Part shown: positions 26,658 through 35,910 of the stretch, piece after piece
Layout of the letters: each line of letters opens with the position of its first letter
Numbering within the stretch: position 1 is the stretch's first letter
Source of the DNA: a virus
Virus record (IMG/VR): IMGVR_UViG_3300017613_000748
Length of the DNA stretch: 55,850 nt
Strand: one strand, 5' to 3'
Translations under genes and position numbers: made by a program
Notes under the pieces: generated by a model
What the model was told of the DNA's origin: nothing
Database searches by the model: none
The model's input: the letters and a program-made list of their open reading frames with translations, nothing else

Positions 26658-27399
26658 AGGTTTTGTTTTTGTCTCTCTGTCTGAGGGATTCCACCAGGTT
26701 GGTTAGTTCTTCTGGTTTGAGCTCTGCCTGTTCCCAGTTGGCTACTAAACCGATCACCTTGGGTGTATGAACCTGTTCTTGTCTAAAGCCCAGCGCAGCA
26801 AGTGTGGCTATTAGCTGGCGCCTTGGCTCTGGTTTTTCTTCTGGCTGAGTAGATTCCCCTGCTGTGCTGTGCTGTTCTGGTCTGGTCTGGTTAGGGTCTG
26901 GTAGGGTCTGGTAGGGTCTGTTATCAGGAACGTCTGCGGGAACCCTTTCGATACCGTTCCGGAACCCTTTCGATAGGGTTTCGATACGGTTTAAAAAGTC
27001 ATCACTCCAATATCTCCCATTCTTCTGTAATGCTTTGATTAGATTAGGATATATGGATATTGAGCTTGGGATTGCATCAAACTCCTTAGCCCTGGCCTTT
27101 GCGGAATTAGGGTTTGATATTGGATTCCATCGCAAAAACTCAGGAATAAGGATATATTCAGACGGTTTATCGTACTCCAGGAAACCCTTTCGATACAGTT
27201 GGTCGAACCCTTTCGATACCGTTTCGATAGGGATACCAAGGTCTATTGAAATGTATCCAACAGGCATCCTGAAACACCCTATTCCGCTGGTATGCTGGCA
27301 GGTCAATAGGTATGCTCCTATTACCTTGACCTCAATGGGAAGAGGCTGGATGTCTGGATGAGTCCAAAACGCTGACTGTATTTGTCCGTATTCTCTCAT
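26419..27399 (-). CDS. Replication initiator (lambda O-like arrangement with internal iterons)
   Basis: The N-terminal domain carries DNA iterons inside its own coding sequence and is followed by a P-like gene. The C-terminal 80 aa may be an out-of-frame read-through. Confidence 0.55.
   Translation of the reverse strand: MREYGQIQSAFWTHPDIQPLPIEVKVIGAYLLTCQHTSGIGCFRMPVGYISIDLGIPIETVSKGFDQLYRKGFLEYDKPSEYILIPEFLRWNPISNPNSAKARAKEFDAIPSSISIYPNLIKALQKNGRYWSDDFLNRIETLSKGFRNGIERVPADVPDNRPYQTLPDPNQTRPEQHSTAGESTQPEEKPEPRRQLIATLAALGFRQEQVHTPKVIGLVANWEQAELKPEELTNLVESLRQRDKNKTFGPAYLELPVKSYLETRNGKGNSHSNQGNGSGKNKHQVARALIQADIERCFGPGAIIGGIHGQDETDIPGEVDSKTIEH
26876..26922. repeat. About 4 copies of a 10-bp tandem repeat (TAGGGTCTGG)
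   Basis: Sequence ggtctggtctggttagggtctggtagggtctggtagggtctg. Confidence 0.8.
26940..27229. promoter_or_regulatory. Candidate replication origin: iterons ACCCTTTCGATA x4 plus TTTCGATA x2
   Basis: 12-mers at 26942, 26964, 27184 and 27207. Shorter TTTCGATA copies at 26979 and 27222. They form two clusters with 22-23 bp internal spacing. Confidence 0.55.
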
Positions 27400-27401
27400 T
27401 T

Positions 27402-27608
27402 CTATCTTCTCTTGGCTTTATTGATTGACTTTTCTGCAGCCCTGTCTTTTAACGCCTTCACTGTCTTTAGGTGATTAATCACCCTCGCTTTCATATGCTC
27501 TGGAACTTCCTTTTCTACCGCCTTTTCCCTCTCCTCAAATGTTTTAAATCTGCAGATATGGCCCTGCCATTGGCTTGCACACCACTTGCTTCTATCGTCA
27601 AATGACAC
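27402..27608 (-). CDS. Hypothetical basic protein (68 aa)
   Basis: ORF. Confidence 0.55.
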   Translation of the reverse strand: MSFDDRSKWCASQWQGHICRFKTFEEREKAVEKEVPEHMKARVINHLKTVKALKDRAAEKSINKAKRR

Positions 27609-27731
27609 TGTTTAAACCTCTATTTAATGATTGCCTCTGCCACGCTGTCAGCACACACGTAAGGTTCTGGACCTTGTTCGTTCATTGTTGTTCTCCTGTT
27701 GCGTCTATACCTGCCTGCTTGTTAATGGCTG

Positions 27732-27998
27732 TTACCCCTCCCTGGTGTTCCATGCTTCAATGGCATTGTCATCATTACTTCCAGCTCTGCTCATACGTGT
27801 TACCGAACACATTTCATTCGGACAAAACACATCGGTGTACCCAAATTGATTATTACGCCGAACCGTTGGATTGCTTCCACAAAACGGGCAAGGTAACAAG
27901 GCCGGTGAACAAGACGATTCATTAAGCATTTTTAATCCTTCCTCATATACTTTGTCATAGCGCCTATTAGGACATGGGTCTATTAGTTTTTTTGCCAT
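27732..27998 (-). CDS. Lar-family restriction-alleviation-like protein
   Basis: CPFCGS...CPNEMC...AIEAWNTR pattern. Confidence 0.65.
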   Translation of the reverse strand: MAKKLIDPCPNRRYDKVYEEGLKMLNESSCSPALLPCPFCGSNPTVRRNNQFGYTDVFCPNEMCSVTRMSRAGSNDDNAIEAWNTREG

Positions 27999-28197
27999 CG
28001 CTCGTTACCTCTCTCGTCATCAATACTCAGTGGTCAAGGGCTCTGGCTTTCTTATAACGCCGTACACCAGAATCCCCGGCTGGGGAATGTGGCCGCTTCA
28101 CAGGTCTTTCCATCCACCGGGCGGCATACTCCCGACATCACTTGGTAGCCTCCACGATGCCAACACCACACCCGCCCTTGCCACTGAATACTGGTTG

Positions 28198-28428
28198 CTA
28201 TACATCCACTATCCCCATCTGCCTGCGTCGCCTGGCACACTCCTGGGGGCCCTGGTGTGCCTTACGCGCATTACCCTTGTAGTGGTGGATCAGCTTCAGC
28301 CTGCCGTGCTTTGTTCTCCGCTCATACCGCTTTCGGGGGTTATACTTATTTTTGAGAACGCTTATCTGGCCAGCACTGTTATTAGCCATAGCCATCAATG
28401 CTGATGCAATCAATGCTGCTTTTCTCAT
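28198..28428 (-). CDS. Hypothetical basic protein with a signal-like N-terminus (76 aa)
   Basis: ORF. MRKAALIASALMAMANNSAG followed by an Arg/Lys-rich tail. Confidence 0.45.
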   Translation of the reverse strand: MRKAALIASALMAMANNSAGQISVLKNKYNPRKRYERRTKHGRLKLIHHYKGNARKAHQGPQECARRRRQMGIVDV

Positions 28429-28566
28429 AGCTTCCTTCCTTCAAAATTGGCTGCCCTGCCCCCCTTTGGTAAAGAGAGAGACAGGGCTTGTCTTATTAAC
28501 TATTTGGTCTTCTCGTCCATACACCCGCCGAATGAGTGCGGTTCGGGTTTTACGATAATCTCTGCG

Positions 28567-29379
28567 CTATACATGCAGAGTGCCCAGAAAGAATTCATTC
28601 ACTGCTTGTAGCTTTTCGCGCAATATCCCCTCAAACTCCTCCACCATCGCATCAGTCAGCTGTTCAGGCCGGACCATTCTCAGGACCAGATTGGGCTTTT
28701 CGTGGCTGGTCAGGACGCCAAGTCGGAAAACGATGTCATATTCCTTCAATCCATTGTAAGGATTGCACTTCAGAATAACCTTGGCCGGTAGCTTGCCAAA
28801 GGTTGAATTAGCCTCGACCTCCTCCATGGCTGATCTGGATCCCCTGAATTCGTGGGTCTCATGCTCGGACTTGGCTTTTGATTCAATGGTGACGTTGCGC
28901 ACCCCGGTAATGGCCTGTATCGCGTCAATAAAGCTCTCATCACCTACTTGGAACGTCAGGGACTCGCGGTAATCTTCGAAGAACTCCGCCATTTTCTTCT
29001 GGCCCACCATACTTCCGTCCATGCTTTGTGCTTTTTTGTAGAGCTCGGTCTTTTCGAGTCTCAGGCCCGCTCGGTGCTTTCCATGCTCGGGGTGGGTCTC
29101 GGTGCCCAGATCAAATATGGTGGTTGCTGCCATACATTCTTTATCTAGGTAGCAATGATCGCCTTTATGCTCAGTGACATAGGCCACAAATGAATCGATC
29201 GAGGATGTCTTAAACTCAGCCTTGTAACGAAACTTGTTCTTACAATAAGGCTCCAGGCTGGTTAGTCCCATGTGGTTGGGTAATGACAGATAGGGGAAAT
29301 CCGATCCGCCGCCTTCAGGCGTTTGAGCGGCCAAAGCAGTGTCTTGAATTAGTTGAATTGCGGTGTTATCCATACTCAT
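28567..29379 (-). CDS. DUF2303 (YfdQ-like) protein
   Basis: FRYKAEFKTSSIDSFVAYV...CYLDKECMAATTIFDLGT...HPEHG pattern, compared with E. coli YfdQ as I remember it. Confidence 0.55.
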   Translation of the reverse strand: MSMDNTAIQLIQDTALAAQTPEGGGSDFPYLSLPNHMGLTSLEPYCKNKFRYKAEFKTSSIDSFVAYVTEHKGDHCYLDKECMAATTIFDLGTETHPEHGKHRAGLRLEKTELYKKAQSMDGSMVGQKKMAEFFEDYRESLTFQVGDESFIDAIQAITGVRNVTIESKAKSEHETHEFRGSRSAMEEVEANSTFGKLPAKVILKCNPYNGLKEYDIVFRLGVLTSHEKPNLVLRMVRPEQLTDAMVEEFEGILREKLQAVNEFFLGTLHV

Positions 29380-29400
29380 AACTGTCTACTCCTGGTTTTT

Positions 29401-29805
29401 TTAATGGTCGTCTTTGGCGACTGGATTGCCTTTGGTGTCGAACAGCTGGCCCTGGTCTTCGCGCAACAAGGTCATGCGGCCGCGGCCACCTACATACATG
29501 GGCGTAGAGGTATTATCTTCCTCCATGCTCTTTCCCCGCTTTGTTGGGATGGCATAAACCAGTTTGTGCTTAATGTTCACCTGGTCTGATTCACCGATCG
29601 GATCAAGGTCAAACGTAACCACCACCTTCCCTGGCCTGCCATGAGTTGTTACCCCTAGCGCCGCATCAGAAAGGGCTCGCTCAATCTTGCCCTTAAAAAC
29701 GCCGCCACCCAACTCCTCCATAATCTGAGTCATGTCAGTCAGGTTTTTCTTAATACCCGTTACATTGGTGTCCACTGTCTCTGCTCCTGTTGTTGATAAA
29801 ATCAC
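29401..29805 (-). CDS. Hypothetical protein (134 aa)
   Basis: ORF. Confidence 0.6.
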   Translation of the reverse strand: MILSTTGAETVDTNVTGIKKNLTDMTQIMEELGGGVFKGKIERALSDAALGVTTHGRPGKVVVTFDLDPIGESDQVNIKHKLVYAIPTKRGKSMEEDNTSTPMYVGGRGRMTLLREDQGQLFDTKGNPVAKDDH

Positions 29806-29859
29806 TAATTAGTGCCTATTTGGCGCCTAATTAGTCCCTATTTCAGTCTAAGGTGACCT

Positions 29860-30324
29860 CTAAAATGGAATATCATCATCAAATTGGCCGTCATCATTGG
29901 CCGGCGCTGGTGCTGATTGCTGCTGATTATGCTGAAAAGTCTGGGGCTGGCCATGGCCTGCTGATGATGCTCGCGCCGCACCCTCACCACGACTGTCCAA
30001 CATTTGCATCTGGTCAGCCACAATCTCAGTTGTGTATTGGTCTTGGCCGTCCTTTTCCCATTTGCGAGTCTGCAGCCGGCCCTCGATGTAGACCTTGGAG
30101 CCCTTTTTTAGGTACTCGCCCACGATCTCAGCCAGGCGCCGGAAGAATACAACCCGGTGCCATTCTGTCTTTTCTTGGGGCTCGCCAGACTGCTTGTCTT
30201 TCCAGGTTTCGCTGGTAGCCAGGGTTACATTGGCTACAGCATTGCCATTTGGCATGTACCGTACCTCCGGATCCTGCCCCAGATTTCCAATCAGAATTAC
30301 CTTGTTTACGCCTCTACTTGCCAT
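29860..30324 (-). CDS. ssb: Single-stranded DNA-binding protein
   Basis: [27 protein letters not shown]...TEWHRVV... and a C-terminal DDDIPF tail. Very close to enterobacterial SSB. Confidence 0.95.
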   Translation of the reverse strand: MASRGVNKVILIGNLGQDPEVRYMPNGNAVANVTLATSETWKDKQSGEPQEKTEWHRVVFFRRLAEIVGEYLKKGSKVYIEGRLQTRKWEKDGQDQYTTEIVADQMQMLDSRGEGAARASSAGHGQPQTFQHNQQQSAPAPANDDGQFDDDIPF

Positions 30325-30327
30325 TAT

Positions 30328-30756
30328 TTACACTCCGTAACAGAGCATGATCGCGTCCCGCGTATGCTCATTAGTTGGGCTTTTATAGCCGGTGATTTTT
30401 CTAACTTGGGCGGCATTGAGTTTGCCGGCCGGATGCTGGGTTATGACTGAATAGCCCACTCTTTTGAAATACTCGACTAGAAGCTCTGCCTCGCGGATCG
30501 CCGAGCCCACATTGACGCCAGTACGCTGAATAGCGCCTTTTGCTTTGGCTTCGTCATGCCAGACGGTTTTGGTGTTTGGAAGCTCGATTATGACCCGGTG
30601 CACGTGCTCTTGAGGATATCTCACAGATATGAATTCAATCGCTTCCCAAAAGGTGGTTTTCTTCACGACAGGAAGCGTTTTCTCAACCCTGTTGTAGACG
30701 GCCAGGCCGGTATTTTTTCCAGGATCCAGACCAATTGAATACCGTTTTTCTGCCAT
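30328..30756 (-). CDS. RuvC-like Holliday junction resolvase
   Basis: IGLDPGKNTGLAV ... IIELP ... NEHTRDA acidic-residue pattern. Start set at ATG 30756, because the GTG at 30801 lacks an SD. Confidence 0.7.
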   Translation of the reverse strand: MAEKRYSIGLDPGKNTGLAVYNRVEKTLPVVKKTTFWEAIEFISVRYPQEHVHRVIIELPNTKTVWHDEAKAKGAIQRTGVNVGSAIREAELLVEYFKRVGYSVITQHPAGKLNAAQVRKITGYKSPTNEHTRDAIMLCYGV

Positions 30757-30820
30757 GCCGTTTCCCTGTGTGGTAAAAGGTGCCGTCTCTCCGGCTGTCA
30801 CCGCGATAGGTGTATTCTAC

Positions 30821-31051
30821 TCATGCCGCCGCAACCTTTGGTGGCTTCCAGCCAGGATCCGGATAGATGTCAGGGCGCACCTCATAAGGCGTTACCTGCC
30901 CATCAGTAGCGTGGTAAAGAGGGATTACATGCTCCGGAGGGACTTGCTCGCCATTGTACCAATGAGAGATTCGCCCAGGAGTAACACCCAGTTTCTCGGC
31001 AAGTGAAGTCTGATTGTCAGGACCAGTATCTAAATATTTTATTAAGTTCAT
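30821..31051 (-). CDS. Cro/YdaS-like HTH transcriptional regulator (76 aa)
   Basis: NQTSLAEKLGVTPGRISHWYNGEQVPPEHVIPLYHATDGQVTPYEVRPDIY. First gene of the minus arm. Confidence 0.8.
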   Translation of the reverse strand: MNLIKYLDTGPDNQTSLAEKLGVTPGRISHWYNGEQVPPEHVIPLYHATDGQVTPYEVRPDIYPDPGWKPPKVAAA

Positions 31052-31057
31052 TCTAGG

Positions 31058-31086
31058 ATAATAGATTTACTATTGGGGGATGTCAA
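31058..31086 (-). promoter_or_regulatory. Sigma70 promoter for the minus arm; predicts a leaderless cro-like mRNA
   Basis: Minus strand reads TTGACA (31086-31081), a 17-nt spacer, then TATTAT (31063-31058). The ATG starts at 31051, 7 nt after the -10 hexamer. Confidence 0.7.
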
Positions 31087-31140
31087 ATAAGAATTATGGA
31101 GCCGTATATATAGAGAGTATAGAAACCCTATTAATATTTC

Positions 31141-31169
31141 TTGACCTATTGCGATAGGTTCCCTATTAT
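31141..31169 (+). promoter_or_regulatory. Sigma70 promoter for the plus arm
   Basis: TTGACC (31141-31146), a 17-nt spacer, then TATTAT (31164-31169). Confidence 0.7.
31144..31159. promoter_or_regulatory. Candidate operator palindrome ACCTAT-tgcg-ATAGGT
   Basis: Perfect 6-bp inverted arms inside the promoter spacer. Further CCTATT/AATAG half sites start at 31060, 31070, 31127 and 31162. Confidence 0.5.
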
Positions 31170-31229
31170 TGTTTTAGGCGCTCTGAGCAAGAGGGCTACC
31201 GGAACTTACAACTGACGGAGACAAATAAA

Positions 31230-31607
31230 GTGGAAGCTCATAAAACGGAAACGACTCACACCCGAGGACCATGGATTGCAAACCACACCCATGCCGATAA
31301 TGGTAAGTTTAAGTATGGCGTTAGAAATCAAACAAGTGATAACCCAGTCTTTGATTGGAAAACCAGTATCACCCGCAATGGCTCTCCATGCTACCTAGGA
31401 ACACTGATCCAGGCAGGAGCAAGAGATCACGCAGAGGCAGAGGCCAATGCCAACCTGATAGCCGCAGCACCTGAATTACTAGAAGCCTTGGACGATATTA
31501 TTGGGCTGGCAAAAGCTGGGCGTATTGTCCATATCGAAAACCGCGCCAAAGCCGCCATAGCCAAAGCCAAGGGCGAATCCATAGAAGATTTCGAGACCAG
31601 GCGATGA
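31230..31607 (+). CDS. Hypothetical protein (125 aa) with an EANANLIAAAPELLEAL motif
   Basis: GTG start with a GGAG SD. The motif is common in small phage early proteins. Confidence 0.6.
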   Translation: MEAHKTETTHTRGPWIANHTHADNGKFKYGVRNQTSDNPVFDWKTSITRNGSPCYLGTLIQAGARDHAEAEANANLIAAAPELLEALDDIIGLAKAGRIVHIENRAKAAIAKAKGESIEDFETRR

Positions 31608-32002
31608 GCAAAATACAACGCATAGAGATTGATTTTCCCACTGCGGTAAGCCTTCCGGATGGGTTTGAAAAAACACTAGACGCTTTGATTGGCATGGTCT
31701 GTGAGCAGTACGAGCGCGAGAATCCGGCAAGGGTGATGTGGCCAGCCGGTTGCGGATCAAAGCCTCTATGGCGTGAACCCGAAGAACCAGAGTATGACGA
31801 TACCGTGTACTTCATTGAGGTCGCTGAAAGAGAAGACCTGCACGGCAGGAATCAGCACAACCCAGACCGCGACCGATTAAGAGCGGAAGTACTTGCCCGC
31901 CGAAAAACCAAAAAAACACAAGGCAAGAACTATTTCGCAGAGGACGGCACGCTGATGAACGCTGATGGCACCCGTAGTATTTTTGACGATGTTGATCAGT
32001 GA
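31604..32002 (+). CDS. Hypothetical protein (132 aa)
   Basis: ORF with an ATGA overlap to the upstream gene. Confidence 0.6.
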   Translation: MSKIQRIEIDFPTAVSLPDGFEKTLDALIGMVCEQYERENPARVMWPAGCGSKPLWREPEEPEYDDTVYFIEVAEREDLHGRNQHNPDRDRLRAEVLARRKTKKTQGKNYFAEDGTLMNADGTRSIFDDVDQ

Positions 32003-32031
32003 AAGCGGCACATAACGAGAGAGGCATTAAT

Positions 32032-32916
32032 ATGAACGAAACAGCAACCAAACCACCGGTTACCGGCATTATACAGGGACTATCCAATGCGGATTATCAC
32101 GCTGATAAGTCCAGTTACAGCAGTACTCTCATTAAAAAAATGGCGATACCCGCAGAGGCCAGATACGCGATGGAGAACCCTGGTGAGTATAAGGAATCAT
32201 ATCGGATTGGCGCTGCGTGTCATGCTTTTATCCTTGAGCCAGATGTATTCAAAAAGGAATTCAAGATCGCTCCAAAGATCGCCAGGCGCAGCGGTGCCGA
32301 CAAGATGGCTTGGATCAGCTTTTTTATAGATAATGGATGGTGTGAAGCAGAGGAGTTTGTTTATTCAAATAAAGCAGCCGAATGGAATCCCGCATTCACT
32401 GCGGCCACAGGTATTAATTTCGTAGACAAGGAGGAGATTGAGCGCATTAATTTAATGGCAAAGTCCATGCAGTCAAATCCCAACGCAATGCGACTCTTAC
32501 AAAATAGCGTTTCGGAGGCTTCTGTTTATTGGACGGACGAATCAGGCCTTAACCTGCGCTGCCGACCTGATGCTTTAAGCGACAGTTTCATAACCGACCT
32601 AAAGACCGCAGAGCGCCTGGATGACTACGCAGTAGATAGATCCATAGCTAATTTTGGATATGATCTGCAAGACGCAATGTACACCCATGGCTGCCAGGTA
32701 GCATCAGGCAAGTATCGCCCTTTTACATTCATTTTCGCCCAGCCAAAGCCGCCCTTCATGGTGAGAGTGATCGTACTCAATGAGTACGCAAAGGAAAAAG
32801 GATGGGATAAGTACCAGGCAAATAAGGCAAGGCTGAAAGAGTGCCTTGACTCTGGGGTCTGGGCCCCACTGCCCGATGATCTTGATCATGAACTGTTTGC
32901 ACGAAAAGGTGATTGA
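32032..32916 (+). CDS. PD-(D/E)XK exonuclease (RecE / exonuclease VIII-like)
   Basis: GLSNADYHADKSSYSSTLIK ... RCRPDAL...ITDLKT...QDAMY nuclease motifs. Start set at ATG 32032 (GAGAGG SD). Confidence 0.7.
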   Translation: MNETATKPPVTGIIQGLSNADYHADKSSYSSTLIKKMAIPAEARYAMENPGEYKESYRIGAACHAFILEPDVFKKEFKIAPKIARRSGADKMAWISFFIDNGWCEAEEFVYSNKAAEWNPAFTAATGINFVDKEEIERINLMAKSMQSNPNAMRLLQNSVSEASVYWTDESGLNLRCRPDALSDSFITDLKTAERLDDYAVDRSIANFGYDLQDAMYTHGCQVASGKYRPFTFIFAQPKPPFMVRVIVLNEYAKEKGWDKYQANKARLKECLDSGVWAPLPDDLDHELFARKGD

Positions 32917-32988
32917 AGGCGCCCACGCAGAATATTGCGAAGCGGCTAATAAATATTACGGCGAATTTGCCAACAACGGAGAACACAA

Positions 32989-34140
32989 ATGAGCAAAGAA
33001 ATTACAACCGCACCAGAGGCGCAAGCCCAAGAAATGGCCCTGCCATCATCCCCAGGCGAGTTAATGTTTTCGCCGGGCATGTTTGAGCGCGTTGAGCGAA
33101 TGGCCGATATCTTGGCCAAGAGTAAGGCAATGGTTCCCAGGTTCTTGCGCAATAACCCATCTGACTGCATGTCGATTGTGATGAAGGCGGCACAATGGCG
33201 CATGGATCCGTATGCAGTGGCCGGCAAAGCATACCAAGCCGTTGATGGTGGCCCAATTGGCTACGAAGCCCAGTTAATTAACGCTGTAATCATTAACAAC
33301 GCACCAATCGAAGGCCGTCCGAAATATGATTTCTTCGGTGACTGGAGCAAGATCCAAGGCAATATCGCCACAAAAACCAGCCAGAAAGGCAAAAAGTATC
33401 AAGCGGCTAACTGGAAAGATGCTGACGAAGAAGGCGTAGGCGTGACTATCTCAGTCACCCTGTCAGATACCGGTGAAGAGTTAAGTATGCCGGTACTCCT
33501 CAAGCAATGTTACCCGCGAAACTCCACCAACTGGGCGAATGATCCGCAGCAGCAGATATGCTACCGCGCCATTCAGATCCTGTCTCGTCGTCACTTCCCT
33601 GATGTGACACTCGGCCTTTATACAAAGGATGAAGTAGCAGCCATCCCCGAGCGCGATATGGGCACAGCCGAGGTGGTTACGGACGTTGAAGACCTTCTAA
33701 AAGGTAACGATACTGGCGTCACCATTGACCGGGAGCCAGAGCCCAAACAAACAGAAGCGCCGACAGACAAGAAGCCAGCTATGGCTTCCAGCGAACAGGT
33801 AGCGGCAACCCTGGATGCTTTTGCAGCTATTGGCATCATAAAGAAACAGGTTGACGGCTATCTCGGCGGTGACGCCAATGCAATGACATGGGATCAATAC
33901 GTCGATCTACGCCAGGTATATGGCAAGGTCACTGAAAAAGGCCTCCCCATGAACGACTTCTTTGAAATGCCAAAATCCACGGTTACGCCGAACCAAATCG
34001 AGCAGATGCTTAATAGCGCCGACTCGGGTGAAAGCCTGTCCGATATCGAGGTTCTGATTAATACCTTGAGCGACGCTGAAGCCAAGGACCGTCTGAATGG
34101 CATGCTGGCAGTACGCCGCATGGAACTGGAAAGCAACTAG
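32989..34140 (+). CDS. RecT/Redbeta-family single-strand annealing protein
   Basis: NPSDCMSIVMKAAQWRMDPY ... W.NDPQQQICYRAIQILSRRHFPDVTLGLYTKDE parallels lambda Bet (WQSHPKRMLRHKAMIQCARLAFGFAGIYDKDE). Confidence 0.75.
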   Translation: MSKEITTAPEAQAQEMALPSSPGELMFSPGMFERVERMADILAKSKAMVPRFLRNNPSDCMSIVMKAAQWRMDPYAVAGKAYQAVDGGPIGYEAQLINAVIINNAPIEGRPKYDFFGDWSKIQGNIATKTSQKGKKYQAANWKDADEEGVGVTISVTLSDTGEELSMPVLLKQCYPRNSTNWANDPQQQICYRAIQILSRRHFPDVTLGLYTKDEVAAIPERDMGTAEVVTDVEDLLKGNDTGVTIDREPEPKQTEAPTDKKPAMASSEQVAATLDAFAAIGIIKKQVDGYLGGDANAMTWDQYVDLRQVYGKVTEKGLPMNDFFEMPKSTVTPNQIEQMLNSADSGESLSDIEVLINTLSDAEAKDRLNGMLAVRRMELESN

Positions 34141-34149
34141 GGGATAGCA

Positions 34150-34728
34150 ATGGAATTTTCATGTGAACAAATTGGATTAAACCAAGAAGAACTTCAAGAA
34201 CGTATAGTTGATGGGCTTGCAGAGAAATTGCTTTATAAATATGTAGTAGATGAAGAAGGCGATTTTCAGGCAGACAGCCCAATCAAAAAGCGCTTGGATA
34301 AACTCATCCAAGAGACTATTGATGGTGAAGTCGAGCGGTTAGGCCAGAAATTCATCATTCCAAAGATTCAGGCCCTTATTGAAGGAGCTGCGATCCAGGC
34401 AACAAATCAATGGGGGGAAACCAAGGGTGAACCCAAAACCTTCATTGAATATCTGGTTGACCGAGCTGACGCCTATATGCGTGAACCAGTCGATTATAAC
34501 GGGAAATCTAAGAGCGAATTAAGCTCTTACGATAGCAACCGATTCAAAAGATCCAGCACTCGCCTTACATGGCAGGTTGATAACAAACTTCAATATGCAA
34601 TTGATGCTGCGATGAAAACCATTATCAAAGGCGCTAATGAGTCTCTGGCAGATAGTCTCTCCAAAACTGTACGATTCCGCATAAAAGAAATCGCAGACTC
34701 GGTGAAGGTTGAAACCAAGATTAAATAA
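34150..34728 (+). CDS. Hypothetical protein (192 aa)
   Basis: ORF. Confidence 0.65.
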   Translation: MEFSCEQIGLNQEELQERIVDGLAEKLLYKYVVDEEGDFQADSPIKKRLDKLIQETIDGEVERLGQKFIIPKIQALIEGAAIQATNQWGETKGEPKTFIEYLVDRADAYMREPVDYNGKSKSELSSYDSNRFKRSSTRLTWQVDNKLQYAIDAAMKTIIKGANESLADSLSKTVRFRIKEIADSVKVETKIK

Positions 34729-34737
34729 GGAACCCCC

Positions 34738-35910
34738 ATGGAAAACACACAGAAAAAAGAAGTAGAAGCGGTAGAGCCAGAAGCAACCTATGAGCCAGGT
34801 ACCGCCCTGATTACTGCCGAGGAGATTAACCCGGCAGTGGTATTCACCGCAGAGGGGATCCGGCCAATTATCGACCGTATCAAAGCGGTGGCGCAGGCCC
34901 ATGTGCCTGATATATCTACTGCCCAAGGCAGGCAGAAAACCATCAAGCTGGCTTACCAAGTAACAAGGTCAAAGACCCTGCTTGATGATATGCGCAAGAA
35001 ACATACTGCGGCGATCAGGGAACAGATTACAGCGGCGAATGCTGCAGGAAAGATGGCCGTGGAGGAGCTGAGCGAGACCAGTACCAAGGTTCGCCTGCCC
35101 GTTACTGAATGGGAAGCGGAACAGGTCAAGATCAAGGAAGAGGCGGAGCGTATCGAGCAGGAGCGGATATTAGATATTACCATCCGGATTAACACCAACT
35201 TCGCCCTGGACACCATACAAGGCTTGGAGGACAAGCCTTCCGTTATGATCCAAGCCAGGATCCAGCGAGTTACCGCTATCGAAATTCTGGCAAAGGATTA
35301 CCAGGAGTATGTAACCGAGGCGGTCAACGCCAAGAACCTGCTGCTCGCTCACCTAAACACCCTCTACAGCACCAAAGCACAGCAGGAAGAGGCCGACCGG
35401 ATCCAAAAGGAACAAAACCAGATCCGTGAGGCAGAAGACGCACTGCGAAAGAAAGAAGATGAGCGCCTGGAAGCCGAGCGCAAAAAGCTGGCTGAAGATA
35501 AGGCAGCCTTTGAAAAGCAGCAGGCCGACGCCAAGAAGGAGCGGGAAGACAGAGAGAAAGCGGAGGAGGAGAAGCGCGAAGCAGACGCCAAGGCCCAGCG
35601 CGAAGCCGAAGAGGAAGAGGCTGCCCAAGTAGAGCCGAAACCGGTAGAGCCAGGCCAAGCTGGTGGTCTGGAACAGCCAAAACAAGACAGCACCAGTGAG
35701 GTCGTTGACTCGCTTATATCTAAGGTAGAGCCCGATTTCACTGCTGACATTGATAAAAATGCTCTTATGGCCTTCGCTATGCTGGTCCGTGGTTTTATCC
35801 AAGATAACGAACCAAGCGACATCCAGGGAGAGAACGAGCGGCTTGCACTCGACACAACAACCGGATCACTCCACCAGGCTTGCGACCGGCTTATTGCTTA
35901 TTGCGAGTGA
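34738..35910 (+). CDS. Charged coiled-coil protein (390 aa, DUF1351-like by position)
   Basis: ORF next to the recombination genes, with a long Glu/Lys/Ala-rich segment. Confidence 0.6.
   Translation: MENTQKKEVEAVEPEATYEPGTALITAEEINPAVVFTAEGIRPIIDRIKAVAQAHVPDISTAQGRQKTIKLAYQVTRSKTLLDDMRKKHTAAIREQITAANAAGKMAVEELSETSTKVRLPVTEWEAEQVKIKEEAERIEQERILDITIRINTNFALDTIQGLEDKPSVMIQARIQRVTAIEILAKDYQEYVTEAVNAKNLLLAHLNTLYSTKAQQEEADRIQKEQNQIREAEDALRKKEDERLEAERKKLAEDKAAFEKQQADAKKEREDREKAEEEKREADAKAQREAEEEEAAQVEPKPVEPGQAGGLEQPKQDSTSEVVDSLISKVEPDFTADIDKNALMAFAMLVRGFIQDNEPSDIQGENERLALDTTTGSLHQACDRLIAYCE

Noticed and set aside
28030-28404. 124-aa plus-strand ORF in the minus arm
   Set aside because: It is antisense to two better-placed minus-strand ORFs. 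It has no promoter or SD and a Pro/Leu-rich composition.
35324-35855. Three long minus-strand ORFs inside gene 34738..35910
   Set aside because: They are antisense shadows of a GAA/GAG/AAG-rich coiled-coil coding region. Their products are low-complexity Ser/Leu/Phe-rich.
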